Part shown: positions 18,036 to 27,728 of the stretch, in pieces
Position numbering within the stretch: position 1 is the first letter of the stretch
Layout of the letters: each line of letters starts with the position of its first letter
Assembly (NCBI GenBank): GCA_020057115.1
Contig: JAGVGJ010000027.1
Location: 5,058-69,057 of the forward strand
Source of the DNA: Candidatus Omnitrophota bacterium
GTDB lineage: Bacteria > Omnitrophota > Gorgyraeia > 2-01-FULL-45-10
DNA length: 64,000 nt
Reading direction: 5' to 3'
Made by a program: the position numbers and the translations under genes
Notes under the pieces: model-generated
The model's input: the letters and a program-made list of their open reading frames with translations, nothing else
Databases searched by the model: none
Told to the model about the DNA's origin: nothing

Positions 18036-18752
18036 TTGGGAAAGTCCAAAGCCACGCCATCATTTAAATACATCATGGAAAAGTTAGCCCTGAACAAGTC
18101 TATCATGGCATTGGTCGGGAAGATAGCTTTATGCCACGGCTTATTTTCTGACAGCTCTTCGGAAGATAAGATCAAAGGCGATTATTACATGCTTAAGGGG
18201 ATCCTGGCAGAATGGTTCGGCAGAAATTTATTGCAAGGAATAATACGAAAAAATGCGAAAGATCCGGTCGGGCTTATGTCGGATTTCAAGATCACAAGAG
18301 AGCTGTACGGTGCGGACGATGCATTGATCTCGGAGTTATTATTGGCGGAGGGGATCTTCCTGAAAAGCCAGAAAGACTTATCGCGGTTTTTTGTTAAAAC
18401 AAAATATTTCGATCATGCGGAGCGTTCCTTGGGTGGAGATGGAGACCACAAGCTCGATCCTTCGGATTTTTCGCCCATGGCCGATTCCGGATCGAGCGAT
18501 ATATTCGAAAAATATTACATGTTGGGATCAACGTTATGGTCTAAGAGCGCATCTGCAGCGATTAGAGAGCTGATGGCTGGACTTGATGCAGGCGCAGGCA
18601 GGCAATTCTTCGTCGCTAAAATAGCCCTGTCTCGCGGAGTGATGTCGGCTCTATCCGGAGCGCAAAATATATTCGAAGATTATAATCGTATCAAGCATCT
18701 CATCCGCCCGGAAAGCATTCTTTCCAGGATGAGAAGAATATTCACAAGATAG
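18036..18752 (+). CDS. Continuation of the tandem-repeat protein. It holds 2-3 more copies of the same ~85-aa repeat and sits in a different frame from 16718..18013.
   Basis: The repeat consensus (KPEEIF…ALVGKIALCHGLF…LISELLLAEGIF…) already appears in this frame upstream of the annotated TTG start, from 17940. This places a frameshift near the ggcggcggc run around 17941-17950. Confidence 0.5.
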   Translation: MGKSKATPSFKYIMEKLALNKSIMALVGKIALCHGLFSDSSSEDKIKGDYYMLKGILAEWFGRNLLQGIIRKNAKDPVGLMSDFKITRELYGADDALISELLLAEGIFLKSQKDLSRFFVKTKYFDHAERSLGGDGDHKLDPSDFSPMADSGSSDIFEKYYMLGSTLWSKSASAAIRELMAGLDAGAGRQFFVAKIALSRGVMSALSGAQNIFEDYNRIKHLIRPESILSRMRRIFTR

Positions 18753-19680
18753 CCTCAGGTCCCTTCGAGGTTTCTTTATCAAAATAATATTCGAGTTCCT
18801 TGTCGCTATATTCACAGAATGGCCTTCCGCGCCTGTCTTTTATGACAAAGTCGAATTTATCTGAGCGCACAGGATTGATCCCATGCTTTCTTATGAATGC
18901 AATCAGCGACTTGTAAAGCGTCTTATTGTTTTCGCGTATTTTAATGTAACGCGCTTCATCTTTGAAGAAATCAGCATCTTTAAGCCTTCTGTTATGATGC
19001 ACCGCGATCACGTTATGATCGCATGCCAGCAGCCAGCCCTTTTTTCTCGCTCTTATCGATAGATCATAATCTTCGTATCCGTTCAGAAATCTTTCGTCAT
19101 AGGAAACATTTTCGAGGAGCTTGCGCCTGAACAGGGTAGCCCCGCCTGAAACATAGTCACAAAAGAGAAGGCCGTTCTTACCGGGTTTTCTGTGACGGGA
19201 GGTTCCGCTGTCCATAAAAAAAGCGATGTAACCTTTCCTGCTCATCTTGCCGTCAATGGTGAATCTTTCAATGAATCCGCCGTTAAGCAGCGTTTTTCCT
19301 GCCGGCGATATGCAGCGCGCCTGTAAGGCGCCCAGCTTATTATTACGCCTCATGTCGCATGTCAGCTTCTCGAGCCATCCTCTGTCGAATGTCATGTCAT
19401 TGTCGGACTGAAAGATCAGATCAGACCTGGAGGAACATAAACCCAAGGCCTTTTTACGGCCTCTTGCGCATCCTATATTTTCCCTTAAAAATAGCACTTT
19501 AAGGCTGGGGAATGATAGGCTCTTCAGGTAGCTCTTTGTTATTTTATTGGAATTCTGGTCTAGAATGATGACTTCGAAAGGCGTTTTATCAGGATCCGTA
19601 TTCCAGTAAATTGAATTTATGCAGTTTTTGATATCATTGCGCCTGTCCAGCGACAGGATCGCAATGGAGGTCATCGCCAT
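18742..19680 (-). CDS. Family 2 glycosyltransferase
   Basis: A GT-A fold with IILDQNSN, SDNDM (DxD) and EDYDLS motifs. Length 312 aa. Confidence 0.8.
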   Translation of the reverse strand: MAMTSIAILSLDRRNDIKNCINSIYWNTDPDKTPFEVIILDQNSNKITKSYLKSLSFPSLKVLFLRENIGCARGRKKALGLCSSRSDLIFQSDNDMTFDRGWLEKLTCDMRRNNKLGALQARCISPAGKTLLNGGFIERFTIDGKMSRKGYIAFFMDSGTSRHRKPGKNGLLFCDYVSGGATLFRRKLLENVSYDERFLNGYEDYDLSIRARKKGWLLACDHNVIAVHHNRRLKDADFFKDEARYIKIRENNKTLYKSLIAFIRKHGINPVRSDKFDFVIKDRRGRPFCEYSDKELEYYFDKETSKGPEAIL

Positions 19681-19700
19681 TTTTTTGTCATCTCAGTATA

Positions 19701-21191
19701 TTATTTTGCCTTTCGCAATAATTCGGCGACTTTTAAATCTATGCTTTCCAGTATGTCCTCGGATATGGCGCGCCACTCTTTAAGAAGCGGCGCAGTTATC
19801 TCTATCCTTCGAGGCTCCGGGTTGTCGACATAATTTTCGTAAGTCTTCTCTATCCATGAGGCATCTTTGCCATAGTGCCTTATATATTCCGCGACCGTTT
19901 CTCGCGGAGTCGTGGTGATCATGCCGTGGTCAAGGAAAAGTTGCGTAGCGGGCAGCGTGCAATACAAAAGCGATATTATGCGTTGAACATAAAGCTGGTC
20001 TCCCATAAAAGCATTTCTTACGGTGCTTGGGAGCCTGGAAGAGAAAGCCATTATATTCTCGAATAAGGCGCTTGCGGTAGGTTCTCTCAAGAGATCCATC
20101 ATGTCATCGCCGCAGACGATCTCGCCATGCCTCTTCAGGTAATAGTATTCTACTGGCAGGCAGTAGGGGTTATGAAATGTATTCAGGTACGATAGTCCGG
20201 AAGACCTGATAAAATTTGGACGGTCTGAAATGAAACATATCCTATGCTTTGTGATCGCGCCAAAGAGGGGATGAGGCGGAAACCCGGCGCTGTCCGATAT
20301 GGCCTTTAAACATGCCGTATCCGGCGCGCGATCATCAAGTATAAAATATAGAAAATATCCAAAATCCGTGCAGGGCGCCGAAGCTAAAAGCACGGATCTT
20401 ACGGTCCCGTTCTGCTTATCGCAAAAATCCGCTATGGAAGGTCGAAGCTGTTCAAGGATGGCTGCTTTGTTCTTTTGAGGGTAGCGCGCATCCGTTAATC
20501 TCATTGATAAGCCGGCATGGATGGCGCAGGCACGATCCGTATTCACGCGCTCCTCTATCTGCAAGACGGCGCCTAGGTGCATATTTGTGAATTTCTCCAT
20601 CATGGCGGCGTCGAATCGCATATTTGCGCCGTTCGCGATCTGCACGTACAGGCGGCAGGCATTGCGAATATCTACGGGACGCTTATCCTCGCCGCCTAGA
20701 AGCATTTTGCAAAAAGCATAATTCGCGGTCTCATGGACGCCCGGCGTCAATTTTTTTGAGAGCTTTATGAAGTTGTTGCAAAAATGCCTGACGATGCTGG
20801 GTGTCCTTATCTCATTTGCAGTGTAGTACATATCTGTAAAGCTGTTGAAGAAACAGAATATCCAGTTATTGCGCTCGCTATCCTGGCGAGCGGGCTTGAG
20901 CGCAAGGCGCATCTTCGCGGGTATTACGGGTATCGAGTGTTGATATTTTGGGTTGACGCTCATTTCGAGAGAGTTCTTTAATTCCGCGGCCTTCCATATA
21001 ACGAAGTACATTGCAACAATACTCATTCTGCGAAAACCGTCTAGGAATGCCATGAGATCGGCCGTATCTTCAGCGGAAGCATTGTCTTTTATGACGACCC
21101 CGATATCTATATCGCTCGATCCGCACACCGTATCTTCTTTGTATTTCTTGTCCGTATATACACAAATGACATTTTTATTGAAAGAAAGCAT
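19701..21191 (-). CDS. Hypothetical protein (496 aa). A weak minimal nucleotidyltransferase-like N-terminal motif (GSSDIDIGV) is possible.
   Basis: A long clean ORF transcribed divergently from the HprK-like gene. No strong motif. Confidence 0.45.
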   Translation of the reverse strand: MLSFNKNVICVYTDKKYKEDTVCGSSDIDIGVVIKDNASAEDTADLMAFLDGFRRMSIVAMYFVIWKAAELKNSLEMSVNPKYQHSIPVIPAKMRLALKPARQDSERNNWIFCFFNSFTDMYYTANEIRTPSIVRHFCNNFIKLSKKLTPGVHETANYAFCKMLLGGEDKRPVDIRNACRLYVQIANGANMRFDAAMMEKFTNMHLGAVLQIEERVNTDRACAIHAGLSMRLTDARYPQKNKAAILEQLRPSIADFCDKQNGTVRSVLLASAPCTDFGYFLYFILDDRAPDTACLKAISDSAGFPPHPLFGAITKHRICFISDRPNFIRSSGLSYLNTFHNPYCLPVEYYYLKRHGEIVCGDDMMDLLREPTASALFENIMAFSSRLPSTVRNAFMGDQLYVQRIISLLYCTLPATQLFLDHGMITTTPRETVAEYIRHYGKDASWIEKTYENYVDNPEPRRIEITAPLLKEWRAISEDILESIDLKVAELLRKAK

Positions 21192-21227
21192 CAGCGATAG
21201 GATGAAGGTTATGCGGAACCAGAATTT

Positions 21228-22169
21228 TTGAAGTGGATAGAGATCGATTTTTCATATTTCAAGCGGGATAGCCAGGGATCCGATCTGCATCTTCATGTTT
21301 TTAAAGAGACCAGGCGCATAGAGGAGATCCCGGGGATGGTGGCGGTATTCTCCACGCCGCGGAATGTTTGCTATTACAAGGACGGGGTTACTTACATAGA
21401 CTATTTCGGGAGGGGGCTGGCTATATACGACAGAAAGTCCGGTCGTGTTGATATATATTCCGAAGATCCCGTGATAATACATTCCGCCTCTTACGAGTCC
21501 ATTCTATCGCTTGTCGGCCAGTATCTGGATGGCAAGGCCTGGCATCGCATACATGGCGTGGGTTTTGATGTAAATGGAAAAGCTGCGATAGTCATGCTGG
21601 ACAGCGGTTCCGGCAAGACCGAGCTTGCCATGAGGTTTTTGCGCTCAAAGGCTCCGCAAAAACTCATATCCGAAGATACTCCCCTTGTTACTAGAGAGGG
21701 TAAAGTTTTGCCATTCCCGCTTCGGATAGGCGTAATAAATGCCGAAGCTATTGCGGACATACCGGAAAGCGCGAAGGTCTATTTTCCCAGAACGGAGTTC
21801 GGCCCTAAATATCTGGCAGATGTCACATATTTTAAGGACAAAATAGCCACCAAAAGTTCTTCCGCGTGGATCCTTGTTATGGGAAAGCGCTCCACGCTGG
21901 ACGAGCCTAAAATATATGCCGTACCAAAGATAGCGGTACTCGGCAATGTCTTTAAAAATCATATAATGGGTTTGGGCGTATATCATGGCCTGGAGTTCAT
22001 ACTTAAGGCTACTCCTTTCGATTTATTCAAAAAGACAGGCCTGGTATTTTCGAGGATCATCAACAGCATAATATTGATAGCGCGCTCCAGGACTTTCTCT
22101 CTGATACTTTCAAAGGATACGGAGAAGAATTGCGCGCTCTTAGAGAAATTCTTTCAGGAGCAGCAATAG
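21228..22169 (+). CDS. HPr kinase/phosphorylase C-terminal-domain-like P-loop protein (an 'HprK-related kinase')
   Basis: HRIHGVGFDVNGKAAIVMLDSGSGKTELAMRFL…ISEDTPLV aligns with the HprK_C core (hG-v-v-G-GvLi-G-SG-GKSE-AL-L…DD). The annotated start is a TTG. Confidence 0.55.
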   Translation: MKWIEIDFSYFKRDSQGSDLHLHVFKETRRIEEIPGMVAVFSTPRNVCYYKDGVTYIDYFGRGLAIYDRKSGRVDIYSEDPVIIHSASYESILSLVGQYLDGKAWHRIHGVGFDVNGKAAIVMLDSGSGKTELAMRFLRSKAPQKLISEDTPLVTREGKVLPFPLRIGVINAEAIADIPESAKVYFPRTEFGPKYLADVTYFKDKIATKSSSAWILVMGKRSTLDEPKIYAVPKIAVLGNVFKNHIMGLGVYHGLEFILKATPFDLFKKTGLVFSRIINSIILIARSRTFSLILSKDTEKNCALLEKFFQEQQ

Positions 22170-23045
22170 ATGGCATCCGCAACAGCAGTGTCCGTGGTAG
22201 TTCCCGTATATAATTCCGAGAAAACTCTCGAGGCATGCATACAGTCCTTGCTGGATATCGATCATCCAAAAGGGTCCATGGAGCTCATATTTGTGGATAA
22301 TGGATCGACTGATTCCACTCCCGAGATCCTGAAGCGATATGCAGATAAGATCATCCTGCTTTCCGAAAAAAAACGCGGGCCAGCTGCGGCCAGGAATCGC
22401 GGGATCAAAGCTGCGACATGCGGGATAATAGCTTTCACGGATTCGGATTGCGTTGTCGACAAGAGTTGGCTGCGCGAGCTGGTCAAACCGCTGGAGGATC
22501 CGGCGGTTGGTATTACCGGAGGCAAGATACTCGCAAAGCAGCCATGCAATGAGATCGAGAAGTTCGGCGAAGATATACACGATCACTATAAGGCCCTCAA
22601 CATATATAAGCCGCCATACGCCATAACCATGAACTGGGCTTCAAGGCTTTCGACGCTAAAGGAAGCCGGACTATTTGACGAAGGATTGCTTAGAGGGGAA
22701 GATTCTGATCTGTCGTATAGGATATGTCAGGCCGGCTATAAAATGGCCTATGTTCCGGAAGCTGTCATATGCCATGAGAACGAAAAAGGCCTGAAAGGGT
22801 TGTTCATGGAAGGGTTTGCGCACGGATTCTATTCCGTTCAGCTGCTGAAGAAACATAAGGATCTTGTGAAGCGCGCCGGTCATCGCAGGTTTGTCGCAAA
22901 TGATTATGTCGTTATATTATCCGGCATTTTTGATATCCTGTTGCGCCGAAGCAAGATCAGCTCGACTTGCGCAACTGTTTTTAACCTAGGCAAAAAGATC
23001 GGCAAGATCCTAGGTTCATTCCGGTTTTTTTACGTGGAATTGTGA
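22170..23045 (+). CDS. Family 2 glycosyltransferase
   Basis: VSVVVPVYNSEKTLEACIQSLL…FVDNGSTDST…AFTDSDC, canonical GT2 motifs. Confidence 0.85.
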   Translation: MASATAVSVVVPVYNSEKTLEACIQSLLDIDHPKGSMELIFVDNGSTDSTPEILKRYADKIILLSEKKRGPAAARNRGIKAATCGIIAFTDSDCVVDKSWLRELVKPLEDPAVGITGGKILAKQPCNEIEKFGEDIHDHYKALNIYKPPYAITMNWASRLSTLKEAGLFDEGLLRGEDSDLSYRICQAGYKMAYVPEAVICHENEKGLKGLFMEGFAHGFYSVQLLKKHKDLVKRAGHRRFVANDYVVILSGIFDILLRRSKISSTCATVFNLGKKIGKILGSFRFFYVEL

Positions 23046-24346
23046 GGTTGTCGATGAGGTTTTTTAAGGAGCCGGAAGCTGTGCCGCGCCCGCGCAAAAT
23101 ACTCTATTATTTCTGGTGGTTCCCGGAGCTGAGCGAGATATTCATACGCAGGGAGATAATGGAGCTTAAATCGCTTGGATTGGATGTGGAAATATGGTCT
23201 CAGATACCGGCTCATGACCAGGACCTGGGCCCGGAAGCGCGCAGATTGGGTTCGGACGCTCATTATCTGTATCCTCATTTAACCAAAGAGAATGAGGGTA
23301 AGTGTTTCAGTTATTTTTTCAGGAAAAGGCCGCTGGTCGTAATAAGGCTGCTGGTCTTTATTTTTTTGCGCAGATACAGGAGCGCAAGGCATCGAGCGAT
23401 AGGGATCGAACACTTCACAAAGGGCCTGGTCCTCGCAAGGAACATTGAAAATCGAGGTGTCGCGCATATACACAGCCCCTGGTCGGATTTTACGGCCATA
23501 ACTGCATTGGTAGCCTCTAGATTATTGAGCATAACCTATAGCATAGACGCTCGATCATTCGAACTATATAGGAACACTGAAGGTTTTATGCTTCCCGAAA
23601 AGGTAAAATATGCAAAATTCGTGAGAGTGAATTCTCGCTATAACAGGGACCATCTGAATGCGCTTACTAAAGGCAGATATGCAGGAAAGATACATGTTAT
23701 CTACGGCGGCCTTGACTTGAGCCGGTTCGTTGGGGTAGGAGACAAGGGTCGAATCTCCGCAGGGTTACGCATACTTTCCGTCGGAAGGATAATAGAGGAG
23801 AAGGGGTTCCACGTATTGGCTAAAGCCTTAAAGATCCTGGAAGGGAAAGGTGTGGATCTCAAGTGCGAGATCGTGGGAGGGCTTCCTGAGAATGATGCGT
23901 ATCACGAAACGCTCGAACGCCTTATTCTGGACCTTGGCTTGAAAGATAAGATGACTCTTTCGGGATCTCAGCCCCTTGAATTTGTAATGAAAAAATACAG
24001 GGAAGCGGATATTTTCGTACTGCCATGCGTTGTGGCGCAGAACGGCGGCAGGGACAATATCCCTAATGCGCTGAAAGAGGCGATGGCGATGAAGCTCGCA
24101 GTCATTTCTACTGATATAACCGGCATGCCGGAGTTGGTCGACAATGGCAAGAACGGCATTCTTGTTCCGGAGAATGACGTAGAAGCATTGGCGACGGCTA
24201 TAGGTAATCTGGCGAAGAATAAGGAGATCGCGACGAAGTTGGGCGAGAACGCGCGAATCAAGATCGAGGAAAAGTTCGATCTATCCAAGAATGCAGGCAG
24301 GCTATACGAACTGTTGGTTGACGGGTATTCCGCCAGGGAAGCATAG
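23042..24346 (+). CDS. Family 4 (GT-B) glycosyltransferase
   Basis: C-terminal GT4 signature …VLPCVVAQNGGRDNIPNALKEAMAMKLAVISTDITGMPELVDNGKNGILV… (an EX7E-type motif). The first ATG is at 23054. Confidence 0.8.
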   Translation: MRLSMRFFKEPEAVPRPRKILYYFWWFPELSEIFIRREIMELKSLGLDVEIWSQIPAHDQDLGPEARRLGSDAHYLYPHLTKENEGKCFSYFFRKRPLVVIRLLVFIFLRRYRSARHRAIGIEHFTKGLVLARNIENRGVAHIHSPWSDFTAITALVASRLLSITYSIDARSFELYRNTEGFMLPEKVKYAKFVRVNSRYNRDHLNALTKGRYAGKIHVIYGGLDLSRFVGVGDKGRISAGLRILSVGRIIEEKGFHVLAKALKILEGKGVDLKCEIVGGLPENDAYHETLERLILDLGLKDKMTLSGSQPLEFVMKKYREADIFVLPCVVAQNGGRDNIPNALKEAMAMKLAVISTDITGMPELVDNGKNGILVPENDVEALATAIGNLAKNKEIATKLGENARIKIEEKFDLSKNAGRLYELLVDGYSAREA

Positions 24347-26419
24347 ATGAATGACAGAGACAAGATAACGGTCCTGATGACACTTAAAGACCAGAAGCGC
24401 GAATTTCTGACCGCTGCCATAGATTCTGTCATCCAGCAGAGTTCGCCCGACTGGTTCTTTCTGGTGATAATAGACTTCGATACGCCCGATCACGTGAAAG
24501 ATATAATACGCGCTTACTGCAAAGACCCTCGCGTCAAGATGCTGGTCTCCGACAGAGATGCGCCGCCAGGTTTAGCCAGGGGATTGAACATAGGGATGAA
24601 AGAAGCAGTAACAGATTTTGTGTGCATTCTGCTAAGCGACGATCTCATGAATAAGGACGCGATCGCTATTCTAAAAGAGTATATTAAAAAATATCCCGGC
24701 GTGGATTTCTTCTATTCCTCGAGAGCGTTCATCGATTCGAAAGGAGTTGTCAGATCGCCGATCATATGCAGCACTCCTCCGATATTTGCCATAGATAATC
24801 TTAAAAAAGCAGGGTGTCCCGCAAAGCATCTATTGTGCTGGCGCAGGTTGAAGGGCGCGGAGGCCGGCGGAATGGATGAAGAGTTTGGATTGCATGGTTG
24901 CGATGATTTTGATTTCCCATGGACTATGGCGGATCGAGGGTGCACATTCAAAGCCGTAGACGAACGCCTTTATTACTACAGGAATCATGATGATTTTTAT
25001 AGATTGACGACCCATATTCCCATGATGCATCAGGTTGAGATATTGCGAAAGATATTTAAAAAACACCGCGTATCAGAAAAAGATGCCGAAGAGTATATCG
25101 CGGCTGCGATGCGGGGATATCTTGTGAATGACAAGCTGGTCAATTATGAAAAAGACACGTCATGGCATGTAATGTCTGCCGGTTTCAGGACCGCTGATGG
25201 CAAGGCGGCAGAGTTCGTCGATAAGGGGTTCGAAAAAAGCCGTTTTTTCCCGCATAAAACATATTATCTGCCCAAGGCCGGACCGGATGGCATGCAGAAT
25301 GCTGTCAAGATGTGCGGGGTAAGCGATCCCGGCAAGCTGTTCGAGGCGGTGATGTATGCCGAGGATGGTCTTATGGCGAGCGCCAACTTAATTGTAAAGG
25401 GCGACGCGCTCTACGCGAATAATCTATCATCCGACGTTTTCCAAGGAATATCGCAAAGGCCGGAGCATGAGGCCGGAGTAGAAAATAAGCTAAATGGTCG
25501 GGCTGATATGTTATTGAACAGCGTAATGAATTTCGCATTAGAGAGGCATATCAAGAAAGTCTATCTTCCCGCGGCAGATCTTTTGTCGCGCTACAGGGCG
25601 AACAAAAGCGGATGGCCGGGCAGGGGCGGGTGGTGGGTCGTAGATCTTAAAAAGAATATGGACAGGATAGTATTGCTTGAAAAAAAAGAGGAGTCCGTAG
25701 AGCAATTCAAGACGATATGCGTATGTCATGATATTGAGCACGGCCTGGGATATGCCGACACAGATCAGCAATTTAAGGCAATTGCGGACAAAGAGTCTCC
25801 CGGAGCCATACTTGAAATGCTGAAGATCGAACGGGAGATGAATGTCAAGGCAACTTATAACATCGTGGGATGTCTTTTCGACAGGTGGCGCTCGCCTATA
25901 GAAAAAGACGGTCACTGCATAGCATTCCATTCTTTCGACCATAAGATCGATAGCTCCGGATGCGAGAATCCAGGTTTACGATCATTCGATGACCCTAAAG
26001 GGCAATTGCATAAATGCCGGTCTATCGATCGTCGGATAAAAGGATACAGGATACCTCGATCCAGGATAACCCCGGAATTGACAGACGAGAATCTGGCTTA
26101 TCATAATTTTGAATGGCTGGCAACCTCCACCGATTGTATTAAACAGGATTTTCCGAAAATGCAAAACGGCATAGTGAAGATACCTGTCTTGTTCGACGAT
26201 TCCGCTATGCATAATAATAAGCTCAGATACGAGGAATGGGAAAATATGGCCATCGAGACCATAAAGAGCAATTATTTTGTGGCATTCGGACTGCATGATT
26301 GTTATGCGCAATACTGGCTGCCTCATTATGGGGAATTCCTCAAGAAGATATCATCGCTCGGCACTCTCAGGACAATGAACGAAGTCGCCGGTGATGTGAT
26401 AATCGGAAGCGCTGTTTAA
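24347..26419 (+). CDS. Two-domain protein: an N-terminal GT2-like glycosyltransferase and a C-terminal polysaccharide-deacetylase-like (CE4-like) domain
   Basis: N-terminus ITVLMTLKDQ…AIDSVIQQ…ILLSDDLM (GT-A). C-terminus …CVCHDIEHGLGY…ATYNIVGCLF…IAFHSFDH, a NodB-like His motif. Confidence 0.55.
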   Translation: MNDRDKITVLMTLKDQKREFLTAAIDSVIQQSSPDWFFLVIIDFDTPDHVKDIIRAYCKDPRVKMLVSDRDAPPGLARGLNIGMKEAVTDFVCILLSDDLMNKDAIAILKEYIKKYPGVDFFYSSRAFIDSKGVVRSPIICSTPPIFAIDNLKKAGCPAKHLLCWRRLKGAEAGGMDEEFGLHGCDDFDFPWTMADRGCTFKAVDERLYYYRNHDDFYRLTTHIPMMHQVEILRKIFKKHRVSEKDAEEYIAAAMRGYLVNDKLVNYEKDTSWHVMSAGFRTADGKAAEFVDKGFEKSRFFPHKTYYLPKAGPDGMQNAVKMCGVSDPGKLFEAVMYAEDGLMASANLIVKGDALYANNLSSDVFQGISQRPEHEAGVENKLNGRADMLLNSVMNFALERHIKKVYLPAADLLSRYRANKSGWPGRGGWWVVDLKKNMDRIVLLEKKEESVEQFKTICVCHDIEHGLGYADTDQQFKAIADKESPGAILEMLKIEREMNVKATYNIVGCLFDRWRSPIEKDGHCIAFHSFDHKIDSSGCENPGLRSFDDPKGQLHKCRSIDRRIKGYRIPRSRITPELTDENLAYHNFEWLATSTDCIKQDFPKMQNGIVKIPVLFDDSAMHNNKLRYEEWENMAIETIKSNYFVAFGLHDCYAQYWLPHYGEFLKKISSLGTLRTMNEVAGDVIIGSAV

Positions 26420-26441
26420 ATTTATTCAGGAAGAGATCAAG

Positions 26442-27584
26442 ATGAACATACTGTTTGAGACCATCAGCTATCATCCGATGAAAGGCGGCGCGGAATTAAT
26501 GATCGAGAGGCTCGCTATCGAGTTTATGCGGCTCGGTCATAATGTTACCGTCGTCACCCAGAGATATCCGGATTCCCTCCCGGAATTTGAGAGGCGGAAC
26601 GGCATAGATATCATACGATTGAAATATCCTCCGGATAATGTCACGAACAGAAAACGCATCATTCCGTTTATCCGCATATCCTGGCCGGTTACATTGGCTA
26701 TAAAAAAGATAATAAGCGCAAGGAATATCGACGTTGTGTGCGTCGGATTATTGGGCACGGGCTCCATCTCTGCCGTCTTACTGAAATATGTAATGCGTTT
26801 TAAATTTGTTCTTTATCTTCACGGCGGAGAGATCAGGAAAGACAGGCATGTCTCAAAATTGAAGAAACTTATCCTGACCCTGTGCCTTCGGAAAGCGCGT
26901 GTCGTGATAGCGGTCTCAAACAGATTAAAAGAGGAAGCCGTTAAATTTGCGCCTTTCGCAGGAAAGAAAATGCACTTTCTACCTAATGGCGTTGATTTTA
27001 AAAAGATCAGAGCCTGCCCCGGGCATTCTCATCCTCGTGATTATATCCTTTATGTCGGACGATTTCATCCGGTCAAAGGAACCGATATTCTGATAAACGC
27101 TTTTCATTCTATCTCAAGCCAAGTTCCGGGATTGGACCTTTTTATGATAGGGGTTGAGTATGAGGACCGTGGAGTGGAGAAGGGCCTGAGGCAGATGGTC
27201 TCCGAATACGGGCTGGAGAACAGGGCGTTCTTTCTGGGCTCGAAAGAGCAGGAAGAGGTCTATTCGCTCTTAAATTCATGCAAATTCATGGTCATGCCTT
27301 CTCATGCGGAAGGATGTCCGCTTGTATTGCTGGAGGCGCTGGCGGCGAATAAGGCAGTTATCGGAAGCAATGTAAAAGGCATCGCGGAGATCATCGAGAA
27401 TGGCAAGAATGGCATCCTTTTTCCGGAAGGCGACTCCAAAGAGCTGGGGAGATTGATCGTGGAATATTATACGGACAAACAAAAGCTAAATTCTATAGAG
27501 GAAAACATCAAGAGAGCCTGTTTTGAAGACAAGTACGATATAGCCAGCATAGCGGCCAAGCACCTCTCCTTATACGCGCGTTAA
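26442..27584 (+). CDS. Family 4 (GT-B) glycosyltransferase
   Basis: …FMVMPSHAEGCPLVLLEALAANKAVIGSNVKGIAEIIENGKNGILFPEGD…, a GT4 signature. Confidence 0.85.
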   Translation: MNILFETISYHPMKGGAELMIERLAIEFMRLGHNVTVVTQRYPDSLPEFERRNGIDIIRLKYPPDNVTNRKRIIPFIRISWPVTLAIKKIISARNIDVVCVGLLGTGSISAVLLKYVMRFKFVLYLHGGEIRKDRHVSKLKKLILTLCLRKARVVIAVSNRLKEEAVKFAPFAGKKMHFLPNGVDFKKIRACPGHSHPRDYILYVGRFHPVKGTDILINAFHSISSQVPGLDLFMIGVEYEDRGVEKGLRQMVSEYGLENRAFFLGSKEQEEVYSLLNSCKFMVMPSHAEGCPLVLLEALAANKAVIGSNVKGIAEIIENGKNGILFPEGDSKELGRLIVEYYTDKQKLNSIEENIKRACFEDKYDIASIAAKHLSLYAR

Positions 27585-27611
27585 CTTTTAGCGCCCATCC
27601 TTTTAATTTAA

Positions 27612-27640
27612 TTGCAAAATTTGGCGTAATAGTATATAAT
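27612..27640 (+). promoter_or_regulatory. Candidate sigma70-type promoter (TTGCAA-N17-TATAAT) upstream of ilvD
   Basis: Hexamers read directly from the sequence in an AT-rich 140-nt intergenic gap, about 90 nt before the ilvD start. Confidence 0.4.
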
Positions 27641-27728
27641 TCAACGTTATATTTAACATAATATGAATTAAATCATCGATTATATACTGAAATTCAGCTG
27701 CATTTACAACTTGAAGGGGAAACTTGGT

